DNA from: an uncultured Lentisphaerales bacterium
Lineage (GTDB): Bacteria > Verrucomicrobiota > Kiritimatiellia > RFP12 > JAAYLN01
Assembly (NCBI GenBank): GCA_964542285.1
Contig: CAZIUM010000002.1
Location: forward strand, 1 to 60,800
Direction of reading: 5' to 3'
Length of the DNA: 60,800 bases
Below, piece by piece: positions 18,963 to 27,810 of the stretch. The position numbers and the translations under genes are program-made. The stretch's first letter is position 1; every line of letters begins with the position of its first letter. Under the pieces are notes generated by a model. That model worked only from the letters and a program-made list of their open reading frames with translations. It did not search any database and had not been told where the DNA came from.

Positions 18963-19805
18963 ATGAATGCATCGCAAATCAAAGCCGCGGCACGTGACGC
19001 CGGGGCGGATCTCGTCGGCATTGCGCCGTTGGAACGCTGGAAGGACTGGAAATCGACGGCCAATCCGTTGTCGATCATGCCGTCCTGCCGTTCCGTGATC
19101 GTCGTGGGCCGTCGCATTCTTCGCGGAACCTTGCGCGGCGTGGAGGAAGGCACGAACTTCGGCTCCACCTATGTCATGTTCGGTATGCAATGGCAGGAAC
19201 AGACATTTTTGTCGCGCGTCATTCACCAAGCAGCCGCAACCATCGAACAGGCGGGACACGAAGCCATCCCCATGTTGGGCGGCACTCCCCCCGGCGAACC
19301 CCGTCCCATCGCATCCACCGGAACCACGACCAATGTGCGGCTTGACTCCAAACGGCTGGCGCATGCCGCCGGTCTCGGCATCGTCGGCAAGGGGGGGTTC
19401 TTCCTGACCGCGCAATACGGGCACCGGCAACGTTTCGGAATGATTCTGACCGATCTGGAGGCCGTCGGCGACCCGATCCAGGAGCTCGATTTCTGCACCG
19501 ATTGCGACGCTTGTCTCCAGGCCTGTCCATTGCAAGCCTTGCGGGATACGGGAGCCGAACATTTTGAACTCGATGAGCAACGGTGTGCCTCCTGCGCCAA
19601 TGGGCGCTTCCCCGGAGGTTCCTTGTCCTGCGAAGGGAACGACCGTTTTGCCGCCGCCTGCGGAAGAGCCTGCATGGTGGCGCTGGAACACAAGATCGAG
19701 GAACGTTTCAAGACCCCCTTCCGGAAGCGATCCGTCTGGACACGCGACCTTGAAGGCAAGGTCACCCTCACCCCGCTGAATCCGAAAGGAGCCCAGGTAT
19801 CATGA
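18963..19805 (+). CDS. QueG / reductive-dehalogenase-like Fe-S protein, paralog A
   Basis: 280 aa. N-terminus IKAAARDAGADLVGIAP. Central AAGLGIVGKGGFFLTAQYGHRQRFGMILTD, followed by CTDCDACLQACP (CX2CX2CX3CP). A second, non-canonical Cys group is present (CASC...C...AACGRAC). Confidence 0.6.
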   Translation: MNASQIKAAARDAGADLVGIAPLERWKDWKSTANPLSIMPSCRSVIVVGRRILRGTLRGVEEGTNFGSTYVMFGMQWQEQTFLSRVIHQAAATIEQAGHEAIPMLGGTPPGEPRPIASTGTTTNVRLDSKRLAHAAGLGIVGKGGFFLTAQYGHRQRFGMILTDLEAVGDPIQELDFCTDCDACLQACPLQALRDTGAEHFELDEQRCASCANGRFPGGSLSCEGNDRFAAACGRACMVALEHKIEERFKTPFRKRSVWTRDLEGKVTLTPLNPKGAQVS

Positions 19806-20671
19806 ATTCACAGGACATCAAGCAGGTCGCGCGCGATTTTGGCGCGGATCTGGTCGGGCTGGCCAGCACCGAAACGTTGCGTCATCTGCCGGCCGAGCGC
19901 AATCCCCTTTCAATCTTTCCACAGGCCACGGCCGTGATCGTGCTCGGACGCAGGGTGTTGCGAGGAACCTTGCGAGGCATCGAAAGTGGGACGGAGTTTG
20001 ACAATTCTTTTTCCACTTTCGGGTTCACTTCCCTCGAGGACAACTTCCTGGCGCGAACAACCTATGACATGACCATCTGGCTGGAAGCGCGCGGTTTCGA
20101 CGGCGTTCCGCTTTTCGGATACGATTGTGAGGGTCAGCCGGTGGGGGTTCCGGTGGCGCCCGGCAAACCGGCTCCCAACGTGATCCTGGACTATCGCATC
20201 ATGGCCCAGGCCGCGGGACTGGGCGAAACCGGGTTGAACGGCATGTTCTTGACGCCCGAATTCGGGCCGCGCCAGCGGTTCGCCATGGTTTTGACGGACG
20301 CGGACGTACTCGCCGACGAACCCTTCAAGCCGCGAATCTGCGACGATTGCGGCGCCTGTGTCCAAGCCTGCCCCTTGCGGGCGCTGGATGCACAACATCC
20401 CGTCGCGGGTGGCTTGGAAAGATACCAACGTCCCGTAGCAGCACGCGACAATGCCCGTTGTCTCAAATGCAAAAACGGCGCCGTCCAAACCAACGAGGGA
20501 CGGTTTAACGCCGTGGATCGCATGGCCGCCGCCTGCACCCGGGCCTGCATCGCGGCCCTGGAACAGCGCCAGGCACTCTCCGAACGCTTCGACCAACCCT
20601 TCCGCCAAGGCGCGGTTTGGGCGCGCGACATTCTTGGAAACCCCGTTCAAAGCACAGGAAACAACCCATGA
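19802..20671 (+). CDS. QueG / reductive-dehalogenase-like Fe-S protein, paralog B
   Basis: 289 aa, clearly paralogous to A (MNSQDIKQVARDFGADLVGLA; NPLSIFP; VLGRRVLRGTLRGIESGTEF). AAGLGETGLNGMFLTPEFGPRQRFAMVLTD, then CDDCGACVQACP, then CLKC...AACTRAC. ATGA overlap with A. Confidence 0.6.
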   Translation: MNSQDIKQVARDFGADLVGLASTETLRHLPAERNPLSIFPQATAVIVLGRRVLRGTLRGIESGTEFDNSFSTFGFTSLEDNFLARTTYDMTIWLEARGFDGVPLFGYDCEGQPVGVPVAPGKPAPNVILDYRIMAQAAGLGETGLNGMFLTPEFGPRQRFAMVLTDADVLADEPFKPRICDDCGACVQACPLRALDAQHPVAGGLERYQRPVAARDNARCLKCKNGAVQTNEGRFNAVDRMAAACTRACIAALEQRQALSERFDQPFRQGAVWARDILGNPVQSTGNNP

Positions 20672-21801
20672 ACTCACAACCCCTGACTTCCGCACGACTC
20701 AAAGAACTGGCCCGTCGCCTCGGTGCAGGCGGGGGCGGCGTCGAGATTCTGGGCGTTGCGCCGATCTCGCGTTTTTCGGAGGCTCCCGAACGCATGCATC
20801 CGGCCAACATCTTCCCGGACTGCCGTTCCGTGATCTCGATCGTGCAACCGATCCCGCGGGGCTCCTACCGCGGCATCACCGAAGGAACCCACTGGAACAA
20901 TTACACCTATTACGCCTACAACCGGCTCAACACCGTCTTCCGTCCCATGGTCACGGAAGAAGTTGCGCGCTTCATTGAAGACCACGGATACGAAGCCGTT
21001 CCCTTGTATCCCGGCGTGCCGGAATCCTACCCCGAAAATCCCGATCCCGTCCCAGGCCGGCCGGTACCCGAAGTCAATGTCAGCGTGCGCATCGCGGCCA
21101 TGGCCTGCGGGCTGGGCGAAATCGGATGGTCGAAGGTTTTTTTGCATCCGGAATTCGGCCCGCGGGTGCGTATCGGCACCATCCTGACCGATGCCGAGCT
21201 GGACCCCGACCCCATGCTGGAACCCGAAACGTTGTGCAAACGCTGCATGCGTTGCGTGCCGGACTGTCCCGGCAACGCCATCCCCGGGCGAAACGGGCCC
21301 ACCGTCACGATCCGCCTGGACGGACGGGAATATTCCTGGGGCGACGTGCACATGGGACGCTGCACCGCTACCCATCACGGCATCAATTACCTGGCATCAC
21401 CCTTCCTGAAAAGGTACTTTCCGGGCTTCAACCTGGACATTACCAGGACGACGATGTCGGAAGAACTGGCCTATAAAATCACCCACTCGCTCGGCCTGGC
21501 CCTGTGGGGACGCAACAACCCCGAATTTCCCGGCAAAATGGCCAATCCCTACATCAAGCAGATCGCGACGCACTGCGGCTACCTGGCGGTATGCGGTGCC
21601 AAGGGTTGCATCCGCGCCTGCATGGAGTTCCAGGAGAAAGCGGGAAACATCGGACAGTCTAAATTCAAGACGCCGGTATTTCCCACCCCCAAGTGGAAGC
21701 TTCCGCCCCCCGAGTCCGATGTCACGGGCGGGATTGCCGAGAAAAAGGCTTTGCAGGATAAATTCCAAGCTCCTGACCGCGACGCGGGCCAGTGGAATTG
21801 A
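20668..21801 (+). CDS. QueG / reductive-dehalogenase-like Fe-S protein, paralog C (divergent, with a C-terminal extension)
   Basis: 377 aa from the ATG at 20668 (ATGA overlap with the B stop). ACGLGEIGWSKVFLHPEFGPRVRIGTILTD, then CKRCMRCVPDCP. Later Cys group HCGYLAVCGAKGCIRAC. Confidence 0.55.
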   Translation: MNSQPLTSARLKELARRLGAGGGGVEILGVAPISRFSEAPERMHPANIFPDCRSVISIVQPIPRGSYRGITEGTHWNNYTYYAYNRLNTVFRPMVTEEVARFIEDHGYEAVPLYPGVPESYPENPDPVPGRPVPEVNVSVRIAAMACGLGEIGWSKVFLHPEFGPRVRIGTILTDAELDPDPMLEPETLCKRCMRCVPDCPGNAIPGRNGPTVTIRLDGREYSWGDVHMGRCTATHHGINYLASPFLKRYFPGFNLDITRTTMSEELAYKITHSLGLALWGRNNPEFPGKMANPYIKQIATHCGYLAVCGAKGCIRACMEFQEKAGNIGQSKFKTPVFPTPKWKLPPPESDVTGGIAEKKALQDKFQAPDRDAGQWN

Positions 21802-21807
21802 CGGCCA

Positions 21808-22677
21808 TTATTCCGTCAGCTTGAAGACAACCGTCAGGCGCACCCTGGCGCGCACGGTTTCGCGACCGCGTCGCGCCGGAGTGAACCGTGCCTTTCGCAG
21901 TGCCTGGACCGCCGCCCGGTCCAGCGCTCCATAGCCGCTTCCACGCAGAATGCGCACCTCCTCCACGCGCCCATCCGGGCGCACTTCGATTTCCGCCTCC
22001 ACCGCCCCCTCCTCGCCGCGCTGACGCGCTCCCAGCGGATAACTCGGACGAATCGCCCGTACGGGCGTCGGCGGACGGTCCAACTTGCCCGCAACCGTTT
22101 CGATATCCGGCCGGGCAACGGAAGCGCTGTCTTCTTGCACGGACCTCGGCGGAACCTCCTCGGGCAACTCCTCCTCGGGGTTCGGCTGTTCGGGGATTGC
22201 GACAGGCGGTTCATTTTCCTCCAGCGGCTCGGTCCTCAATTCCGGCTCCGGCGCGGGTTCCGGCGCGGGTTCCGGATCGAGTGCCGGCTTGGGTTCCACC
22301 CGCGGCACCGGCACGTCCTCCGGTTCGGGAACCAAGTCTGGCGGGGGGTCCTCTGGAGATTCTTCTTCCGGCTCAAGCGCCACTTCCGGTGCCGGCTCGG
22401 GAGGAGGCGGTTCCCGCGCGCTCGGACTCTCGGGAGGAGGCGGGGGGTTCGCGGTCGGCGTTTCGGTCGATGGCAGTTGCAGCACCACGCTTGTGGCATG
22501 AGGTTGCGCCAAGCTGGGCAACACGATTTGACGCAGGCCGTACCCCGCCCAGGAGATCAACAGGAGATGCAGCAGCAATGCCAGCATCACGGCATCAAGG
22601 AGATCCCGCCCCTCCCCGCCAAGCGCGGCCTTGTCGGACCCCGATCGCCCGGAACGGTTTGCTTCTCCGGAATTCAC
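21808..22677 (-). CDS. tonB: Energy transducer TonB
   Basis: 289 aa. N-terminal TM helix, a very long Pro/Glu-rich linker (PEPAPEPAPEPE...) and a C-terminal TonB domain (RPSYPLGARQRGEEGAVEAEIEVRPDGRV...ALRKARFTPA). Confidence 0.85.
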   Translation of the reverse strand: MNSGEANRSGRSGSDKAALGGEGRDLLDAVMLALLLHLLLISWAGYGLRQIVLPSLAQPHATSVVLQLPSTETPTANPPPPPESPSAREPPPPEPAPEVALEPEEESPEDPPPDLVPEPEDVPVPRVEPKPALDPEPAPEPAPEPELRTEPLEENEPPVAIPEQPNPEEELPEEVPPRSVQEDSASVARPDIETVAGKLDRPPTPVRAIRPSYPLGARQRGEEGAVEAEIEVRPDGRVEEVRILRGSGYGALDRAAVQALRKARFTPARRGRETVRARVRLTVVFKLTE

Positions 22678-23081
22678 GGTTCCGGCTCCGGGCGCACCTG
22701 GAATGCGACCGTGGAAATACCGGATCGTCTCAAGGCATCCAGCAGTTCGATGCCGCTACCCAGGGGCGCCTCTCGATCCGCGCTAATCAACACCGAGCGC
22801 CCCTCTTCTCGTTGGCGGCGCACGGTCTCGGCGATTAAACGCTCACGGGACATGTCCACACCCTCGAGTTGCAAACGGCTGTCGGCCCGCATGACCACGA
22901 CCAGCGGATCGGTCTCGGGAGGGACGCCGACACCGGCGGGCAGGTTCACACGCACCCCCCGCTGGGTGGTCATCGTGAACATCGCGTAGATGAAGAAAAC
23001 CAGCAGCAGAAAAACCACGTCCATTAACGGTACCATTTCGATCCGCGCCCGTCGTTCCTCGTATCCGGTTTCAAGACGCAT
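22674..23081 (-). CDS. exbD: Biopolymer transport protein ExbD/TolR
   Basis: 135 aa. IEMVPLMDVVFLLLVFFI is the signature TM segment. 4-nt overlap with tonB. Confidence 0.85.
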   Translation of the reverse strand: MRLETGYEERRARIEMVPLMDVVFLLLVFFIYAMFTMTTQRGVRVNLPAGVGVPPETDPLVVVMRADSRLQLEGVDMSRERLIAETVRRQREEGRSVLISADREAPLGSGIELLDALRRSGISTVAFQVRPEPEP

Positions 23082-23754
23082 CGTTCGTCCCCTGGCGATA
23101 GGCTACCTCGCAACGGTGAAACGTTTGTTCCAGGTCCCGGGCGGCCCGGCGCAGTTGCGACAGTAGGGCATTGAATGGCACCAGGGCCAATATGGCCACG
23201 ATCAACCCCGTGGCAGTGCTTACCAGCGCTTCCGCAATGCCCCCCGTTACGGCGGTGGGGTCTTCGACCCCCGCGGCACTCAGCAGGTGAAACGAACGGA
23301 TGATCCCCGTGACCGTGCCCAGAATCCCAAGCAGCGGTCCCAGCGTGACGATGGTATCCAGAATCGAGAGTCCCCGGCGCAGGGCATCCAACTGGCGATC
23401 GGCCGCTGCCTGCAGACTGTCGGACAATCCGCAATCGCGATGTGCCAGGCCTTCCGCCAGCAACCCCGCCACGGGACCGGACCGGGGCTGTAGCCCCACT
23501 TCGATCGCTGTTTCACTGTCTCCCTGGCGCAGGGCGTCAAGCTGCTTTTCGACCGCCGGGGCGCCGCGCTTACGTCGCAACCCGTATCGTGCAAACACAA
23601 TCACTCGTTCGATCACGATTGTCAATGCCAGCAGCGAACAGGCCAGCAACGGCCACATTACGGCACCGCCGCGGCTGAAGGCGTTTCCAAACGTCCGCCA
23701 GACATCGTTAACTAGTAGCGGTAGCTGTCCCATGCTTTCCATGCGGCCTATCAT
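23071..23754 (-). CDS. exbB: MotA/TolQ/ExbB proton channel protein
   Basis: 227 aa with three TM segments and the conserved GPLLGILGTVTGIIRSF block. Confidence 0.85.
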   Translation of the reverse strand: MIGRMESMGQLPLLVNDVWRTFGNAFSRGGAVMWPLLACSLLALTIVIERVIVFARYGLRRKRGAPAVEKQLDALRQGDSETAIEVGLQPRSGPVAGLLAEGLAHRDCGLSDSLQAAADRQLDALRRGLSILDTIVTLGPLLGILGTVTGIIRSFHLLSAAGVEDPTAVTGGIAEALVSTATGLIVAILALVPFNALLSQLRRAARDLEQTFHRCEVAYRQGTNDAS

Positions 23755-23855
23755 ACCTTATGCAAACGTCGGAAAAAAGGGTTCGGTTCGCTTGCCGGGG
23801 ATTTCCGTACATTCCCCGGTTCCCCCGGACCCCTCCATTTTGCTAGAATTCCATC

Positions 23856-24392
23856 ATGGCATACGAATGGAACATCCGGCCGCGAGGCCGGCAATGCGCG
23901 GCATGCGAAAAATATTTTTCCGATGCGGAAGAATGTGTTTCGGCCTTGTTCGAACACGACTCCATCTTTGAAAGACGTGATTTTTGTCTTTCTTGCTGGC
24001 AGAATCGCCAAGGCCCGAAAGAGCCCTTCAGTTCCTGGCAAGGGGTTTTCGAAGCTCCCGCACCCGAAGACAAGCCCGAAGTGATGCACCACGATACGGC
24101 GGAATCGTTGTTTCGACGGCTGATCACCCTGGAAAATCCGGACGATGCCGGCGTCGTGTACGTTCTGGCCGTTATGTTGGAACGCAAGAAAATCCTGATC
24201 GAACGGGATGCGAAACCTCATCCCGAGGGGGGGATGTTACGGATTTATGAACATCGGAAACGAGGCGATTCGTTCATGGTGATCGATCCGCAACTGCATC
24301 TTGACGAGATCGGAGAACTGCAACAGGTGGTGGCCGACCGACTGGGAGAAAGCACGGACAACGAGTCCGCCGCGCCAAAGGTGAGCTCATGA
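23856..24392 (+). CDS. Hypothetical protein with an N-terminal CxxC...CxxC zinc-ribbon-like motif
   Basis: 178-aa ORF. CAAC at residues 14-17 and CLSC at residues 44-47. I recognise no family. ATGA overlap with the downstream D-aminoacylase gene. Confidence 0.5.
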   Translation: MAYEWNIRPRGRQCAACEKYFSDAEECVSALFEHDSIFERRDFCLSCWQNRQGPKEPFSSWQGVFEAPAPEDKPEVMHHDTAESLFRRLITLENPDDAGVVYVLAVMLERKKILIERDAKPHPEGGMLRIYEHRKRGDSFMVIDPQLHLDEIGELQQVVADRLGESTDNESAAPKVSS

Positions 24393-25987
24393 CGACACCT
24401 TTCGACCTGCTGCTAAAAGGCGGACGGGTCGTCGACGGCACGGGGCTGCCGGCCCGGCGGGCGGATGTGGCGGTACGGGGGGAACGTATCGTGCTGGTGG
24501 GCCGTGCGCCGGAAGCGGTCCCGGCCCGATGCGAGATGGATGTCTCCCATGCCATGGTCTGTCCCGGATTTGTCGACGCGCATTCTCATTCCGATGCCTA
24601 CCTGCTGGTGGAACCGGATGCCCCCTCAAAAATTCGGCAAGGAGTAACCACGGAGGTGATCGGACAGTGCGGCGGGTCCGCCGCACCCCTGCGCGGCGCG
24701 GCGCGGCATCCGACCGATTGGGACGCCGTGCTGCAGCCGCTGGGCCTGTCGCATCGGCAGGGTCACGACGATTGCTGGACTTCGGTAGCCGCCTATCGCG
24801 AGGCCCTGGCTTGCACCGGACACGCGCCCAACGTCGTGTTCCTGGTCGGACACAACACCCTGCGAGCCGGTGTGATGGGCTATGGCGCGCGACACGCCAC
24901 CGCCGGGGAACTCGCCCTGATGGTGCGCCGTCTGGAAGAGGCCCTGGACCAGGGCGCGGCCGGATTTTCCTCCGGATTGATTTACATTCCCGGCGCCTAT
25001 GCCGCACCGGAAGAGCTGTTGGCCTTGGGCCAAACCGCGGCCCGCCGCAACGCCCTCTACGCTTCGCATATTCGCGGAGAAGGCGACCACGTGCTCGATG
25101 CGCTGGACGAAGTGCTGGCGCTGGCCACCGCCACGGGCATCAAAACCCAGATTTCTCACTTGAAAACCAGTGGACGCGCCAATTGGCACAAGCTGGACGC
25201 GGCCTTGCAAAAAATCCAGCGCGCCCGGAAAGCCGGATTTCCCGTCACCTCCGACCGTTATCCTTACCTGTCCAGTTGCACGGCGCTCGATTCACGTCTG
25301 CCGGCCTGGGCCTTGAGCGGCGACAACGCCGCCGCCCTGGCGCGGATCAAGGACCCCGCCACCGCCGCGCGCATCCGCTCGGAATTGATCGGTGCGCTTC
25401 CGGAAACCCTTGACGAAGTGGTCGTGGCGGGCACGGAGCATCCGGACCTGAAACGATTCCGTGGACGCACCCTGCGGGATGTCGCGCAGGAATTGAGTTG
25501 CGACACCATTGAAGCCATGTTCACGCTCCTGCGCCGCGACGGCATGCGCACGGAAGCCTTTTTTCCCGGCATGAGCGCCGACAACTTGCGACGCATCTAC
25601 GCCCAGCCCTGGGTTATGGTGGGATCGGATGCCTCCATTCGCGCCACATCCGGTCCCCTGTCGCATGATTCCCCTCATCCCAGGGCGTACGGTACCTTTC
25701 CGAAATTTCTGCGCATGGTTCTGGACCGGCAGTTGGACATGACCATCGAAGAAGGCGTTCGCCGCATGACCAGCCTGCCGTCCGAGGCTTTCGGACTCAA
25801 AGAACGCGGAATCCTTCGTGCCGGTGCCTGGGCCGATCTTACCGTCTTCGACCCTCTCCGGATCCGCGACCGGGCCGACTACGCTTCCCCGCACCAATAT
25901 CCCGACGGAATCGAATGCGTCATCGTCAATGGGCGTATCGCCTTCGAAAACGGCATCCACAAAGAACGTCCCGGACGATGGCTCTAG
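24389..25987 (+). CDS. N-acyl-D-amino-acid deacylase (D-aminoacylase) family amidohydrolase
   Basis: 532 aa. DLLLKGGRVVDGTG, PGFVDAHSHSD (HxH metal site), GVTTEV. Length and C-terminal beta-barrel-like segment (DLTVFDP...V.VNG) are typical of the family. Confidence 0.8.
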   Translation: MTTPFDLLLKGGRVVDGTGLPARRADVAVRGERIVLVGRAPEAVPARCEMDVSHAMVCPGFVDAHSHSDAYLLVEPDAPSKIRQGVTTEVIGQCGGSAAPLRGAARHPTDWDAVLQPLGLSHRQGHDDCWTSVAAYREALACTGHAPNVVFLVGHNTLRAGVMGYGARHATAGELALMVRRLEEALDQGAAGFSSGLIYIPGAYAAPEELLALGQTAARRNALYASHIRGEGDHVLDALDEVLALATATGIKTQISHLKTSGRANWHKLDAALQKIQRARKAGFPVTSDRYPYLSSCTALDSRLPAWALSGDNAAALARIKDPATAARIRSELIGALPETLDEVVVAGTEHPDLKRFRGRTLRDVAQELSCDTIEAMFTLLRRDGMRTEAFFPGMSADNLRRIYAQPWVMVGSDASIRATSGPLSHDSPHPRAYGTFPKFLRMVLDRQLDMTIEEGVRRMTSLPSEAFGLKERGILRAGAWADLTVFDPLRIRDRADYASPHQYPDGIECVIVNGRIAFENGIHKERPGRWL

Positions 25988-26207
25988 TCCCCCGTTTCGG
26001 ACGAGGGACAAGTGAAGCGTTCCGTTGCGCTTTTACTATTGCGAAGCGTCCCTGCCCACCATCCAGTCCCCATCCAGTTCGGACTTGCCCGACGAACGCC
26101 AAGGTACTATGCTTGGGGCCACTTGCCTGGGTTTCCGTGCCCGGCCGCGGGCGAATCCGATTTTGCCTGCGAACATTGGGTGCAGGAACAGGCACACAGC
26201 ATTTTCC

Positions 26208-26284
26208 GGGCGGTTAGCTCAGTCGGCTAGAGCACCACGTTTACACCGTGGGGGTCGGGGGTTCGAGCCCCTCACCGCCTACCA
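26208..26284 (+). tRNA. tRNA-Val (anticodon TAC), CCA encoded
   Basis: Cloverleaf folded by eye. Acceptor GGGCGGT/ACCGCCT, D arm GCTC-AGTCGGCTA-GAGC, anticodon arm CCACG-TTTACAC-CGTGG (TAC at 26242-26244), T arm GGGGG-TTCGAGC-CCCTC, then ACCA. Confidence 0.9.
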
Positions 26285-26304
26285 TGACACAGGTCACCTG
26301 ATTA

Positions 26305-27615
26305 ATGAGGACACTTTTAGTTCTGGACAGCCAACCGGCGGCCACCGTTCACAAGATTCTGGAGGGGTTGAATGCCCTCGTGATCGTAGTCAACGAAATT
26401 TCCAAGGCGCGGTATGTTCTCCTGAATTTTTCCCTCGATGTCTGGTTGTGCGACCTGGAGGTTGACGAATTGGATTTTCCAACCCTGCGAGGCGAGGCCA
26501 TGGGACGCAATCCATCCCTGCGCGTGTTGCTGACGGGGCCGAATTCGATGCAACGTCAAGGCAAGGAATGGATCAAGCAGCACCTTGCCAGGGCCTTTGT
26601 GGCCAAACCATGGCAACCTTTGTCCATCAAGCATGCCCTGGTCGAATTGTTTCGTGGAGGGGGAGGGGCCAAACGCATCGTGATTCATCCACCCGGTGCA
26701 GGCGGAAGGATCGTAACGAGCAAACCGCGGGCCATTCGCTTTGTCAAACGCAAAGCCGATTTCAGCGGCATCAGCCTCATCGAAAGTCAGGACGAGCGCT
26801 ACCGGCTGGATGAACTGCTCGGCGAAGGCGGCACCGGTCGCGTATACCGGGCCTTCGATCAGTTGCTGGACATGGAAGTCGCGGTCAAGCTGCTGAACCC
26901 CGAACTGTCACACGACGCGCAATCCATCCAATCGCTCAAGGACGAAACTCGCATCTGCCTCCAGTTGCTGCACAAACACATTGTGCGAATCTACAATTTC
27001 GAACGCCGTCACAAATTGTTCATGATCGTAATGGAATTCGTGCGGGGCTACACCCTGAACCAACTGATGACTCCCGGCAAGCCCCTGCCTCCGGTCACCG
27101 CTTCGCAGGTGATCACCGTGCTGGTGGATGCCCTGGCTCATGCCCACAAGCGCGGCGTTCTCCACAAGGATCTGACCCCCGGCAATGTCATGGTCTCCGA
27201 TGACGGCCTGTTGAAAATCATCGACTTCGGTATCGCCGACGTCATCAATCGACAACACTTCGACGACGACTATGTCACCGGAACGCCAGTCTACATGAGC
27301 CCGGAACAGTTGCGCGGCGAACCGCTGGATGTCGGCACCGATGTCTACTCCCTCGGCGTGCTGGCCTATCAAATTCTGACCGGACAACTGCCCCACCCCC
27401 CCGAAACCCCCGTCGAAACGCTTGCCTATAGCCCGCATCCGCCCCTCCAGAACCTGCCCCCCCCCCTGGTCGAACCCCTGGAAATCGCAACGGCCCTGGA
27501 CCCGTCCGAGCGATGGCCGGACATCTACAGCTTCGGCGAAGCATTCCATGAAGCCTTCCGACAATGTTTTCCCGTCGAAACCGACGATGAGGTCGAGGCC
27601 ATTTCAAGCGAATGA
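26305..27615 (+). CDS. Response-regulator receiver domain fused to a Hanks-type Ser/Thr protein kinase
   Basis: 436 aa. The REC-like N-terminus has the phosphoacceptor context VWLCDLEV, T in VLLTGP and K in FVAKPW. Kinase motifs are GEGGTGRVY, VAVKLL, HKDLTPGNVMV, DFGIA and GTPVYMSPE. Confidence 0.8.
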   Translation: MRTLLVLDSQPAATVHKILEGLNALVIVVNEISKARYVLLNFSLDVWLCDLEVDELDFPTLRGEAMGRNPSLRVLLTGPNSMQRQGKEWIKQHLARAFVAKPWQPLSIKHALVELFRGGGGAKRIVIHPPGAGGRIVTSKPRAIRFVKRKADFSGISLIESQDERYRLDELLGEGGTGRVYRAFDQLLDMEVAVKLLNPELSHDAQSIQSLKDETRICLQLLHKHIVRIYNFERRHKLFMIVMEFVRGYTLNQLMTPGKPLPPVTASQVITVLVDALAHAHKRGVLHKDLTPGNVMVSDDGLLKIIDFGIADVINRQHFDDDYVTGTPVYMSPEQLRGEPLDVGTDVYSLGVLAYQILTGQLPHPPETPVETLAYSPHPPLQNLPPPLVEPLEIATALDPSERWPDIYSFGEAFHEAFRQCFPVETDDEVEAISSE

Positions 27616-27810
27616 TTCGATTTTGGTGGGTTAAACCCGAGCACGCCAACACCGGACATTTCAAGAATGCCGGAACCCGGGGTTATAGGGGAATGTTGAT
27701 TCGCCACGCCATTAAGACGATTTCGACCTCGATAGGGAGCGCGATGCAGACGGCCATGATTGGAATTGCTGCGCCCGCGCATTGCGCACCGCGGTCAAGT
27801 ACATTATACT

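Noticed and set aside
22085-22501. Gly/Ser-rich 138-aa ORF (GSGAGSGAGSGSS...), which looks like a low-complexity repeat protein
   Set aside because: It is the reverse complement of the Pro/Glu-rich linker of TonB. The repeat is explained by the tonB coding sequence.
25988-26304. tRNA-Val flanks examined for an integrated element (integrase, direct repeats of the tRNA 3' end)
   Set aside because: No integrase or recombinase ORF is present, and I saw no repeat of the tRNA 3' end nearby. The flanking genes are ordinary chromosomal genes.
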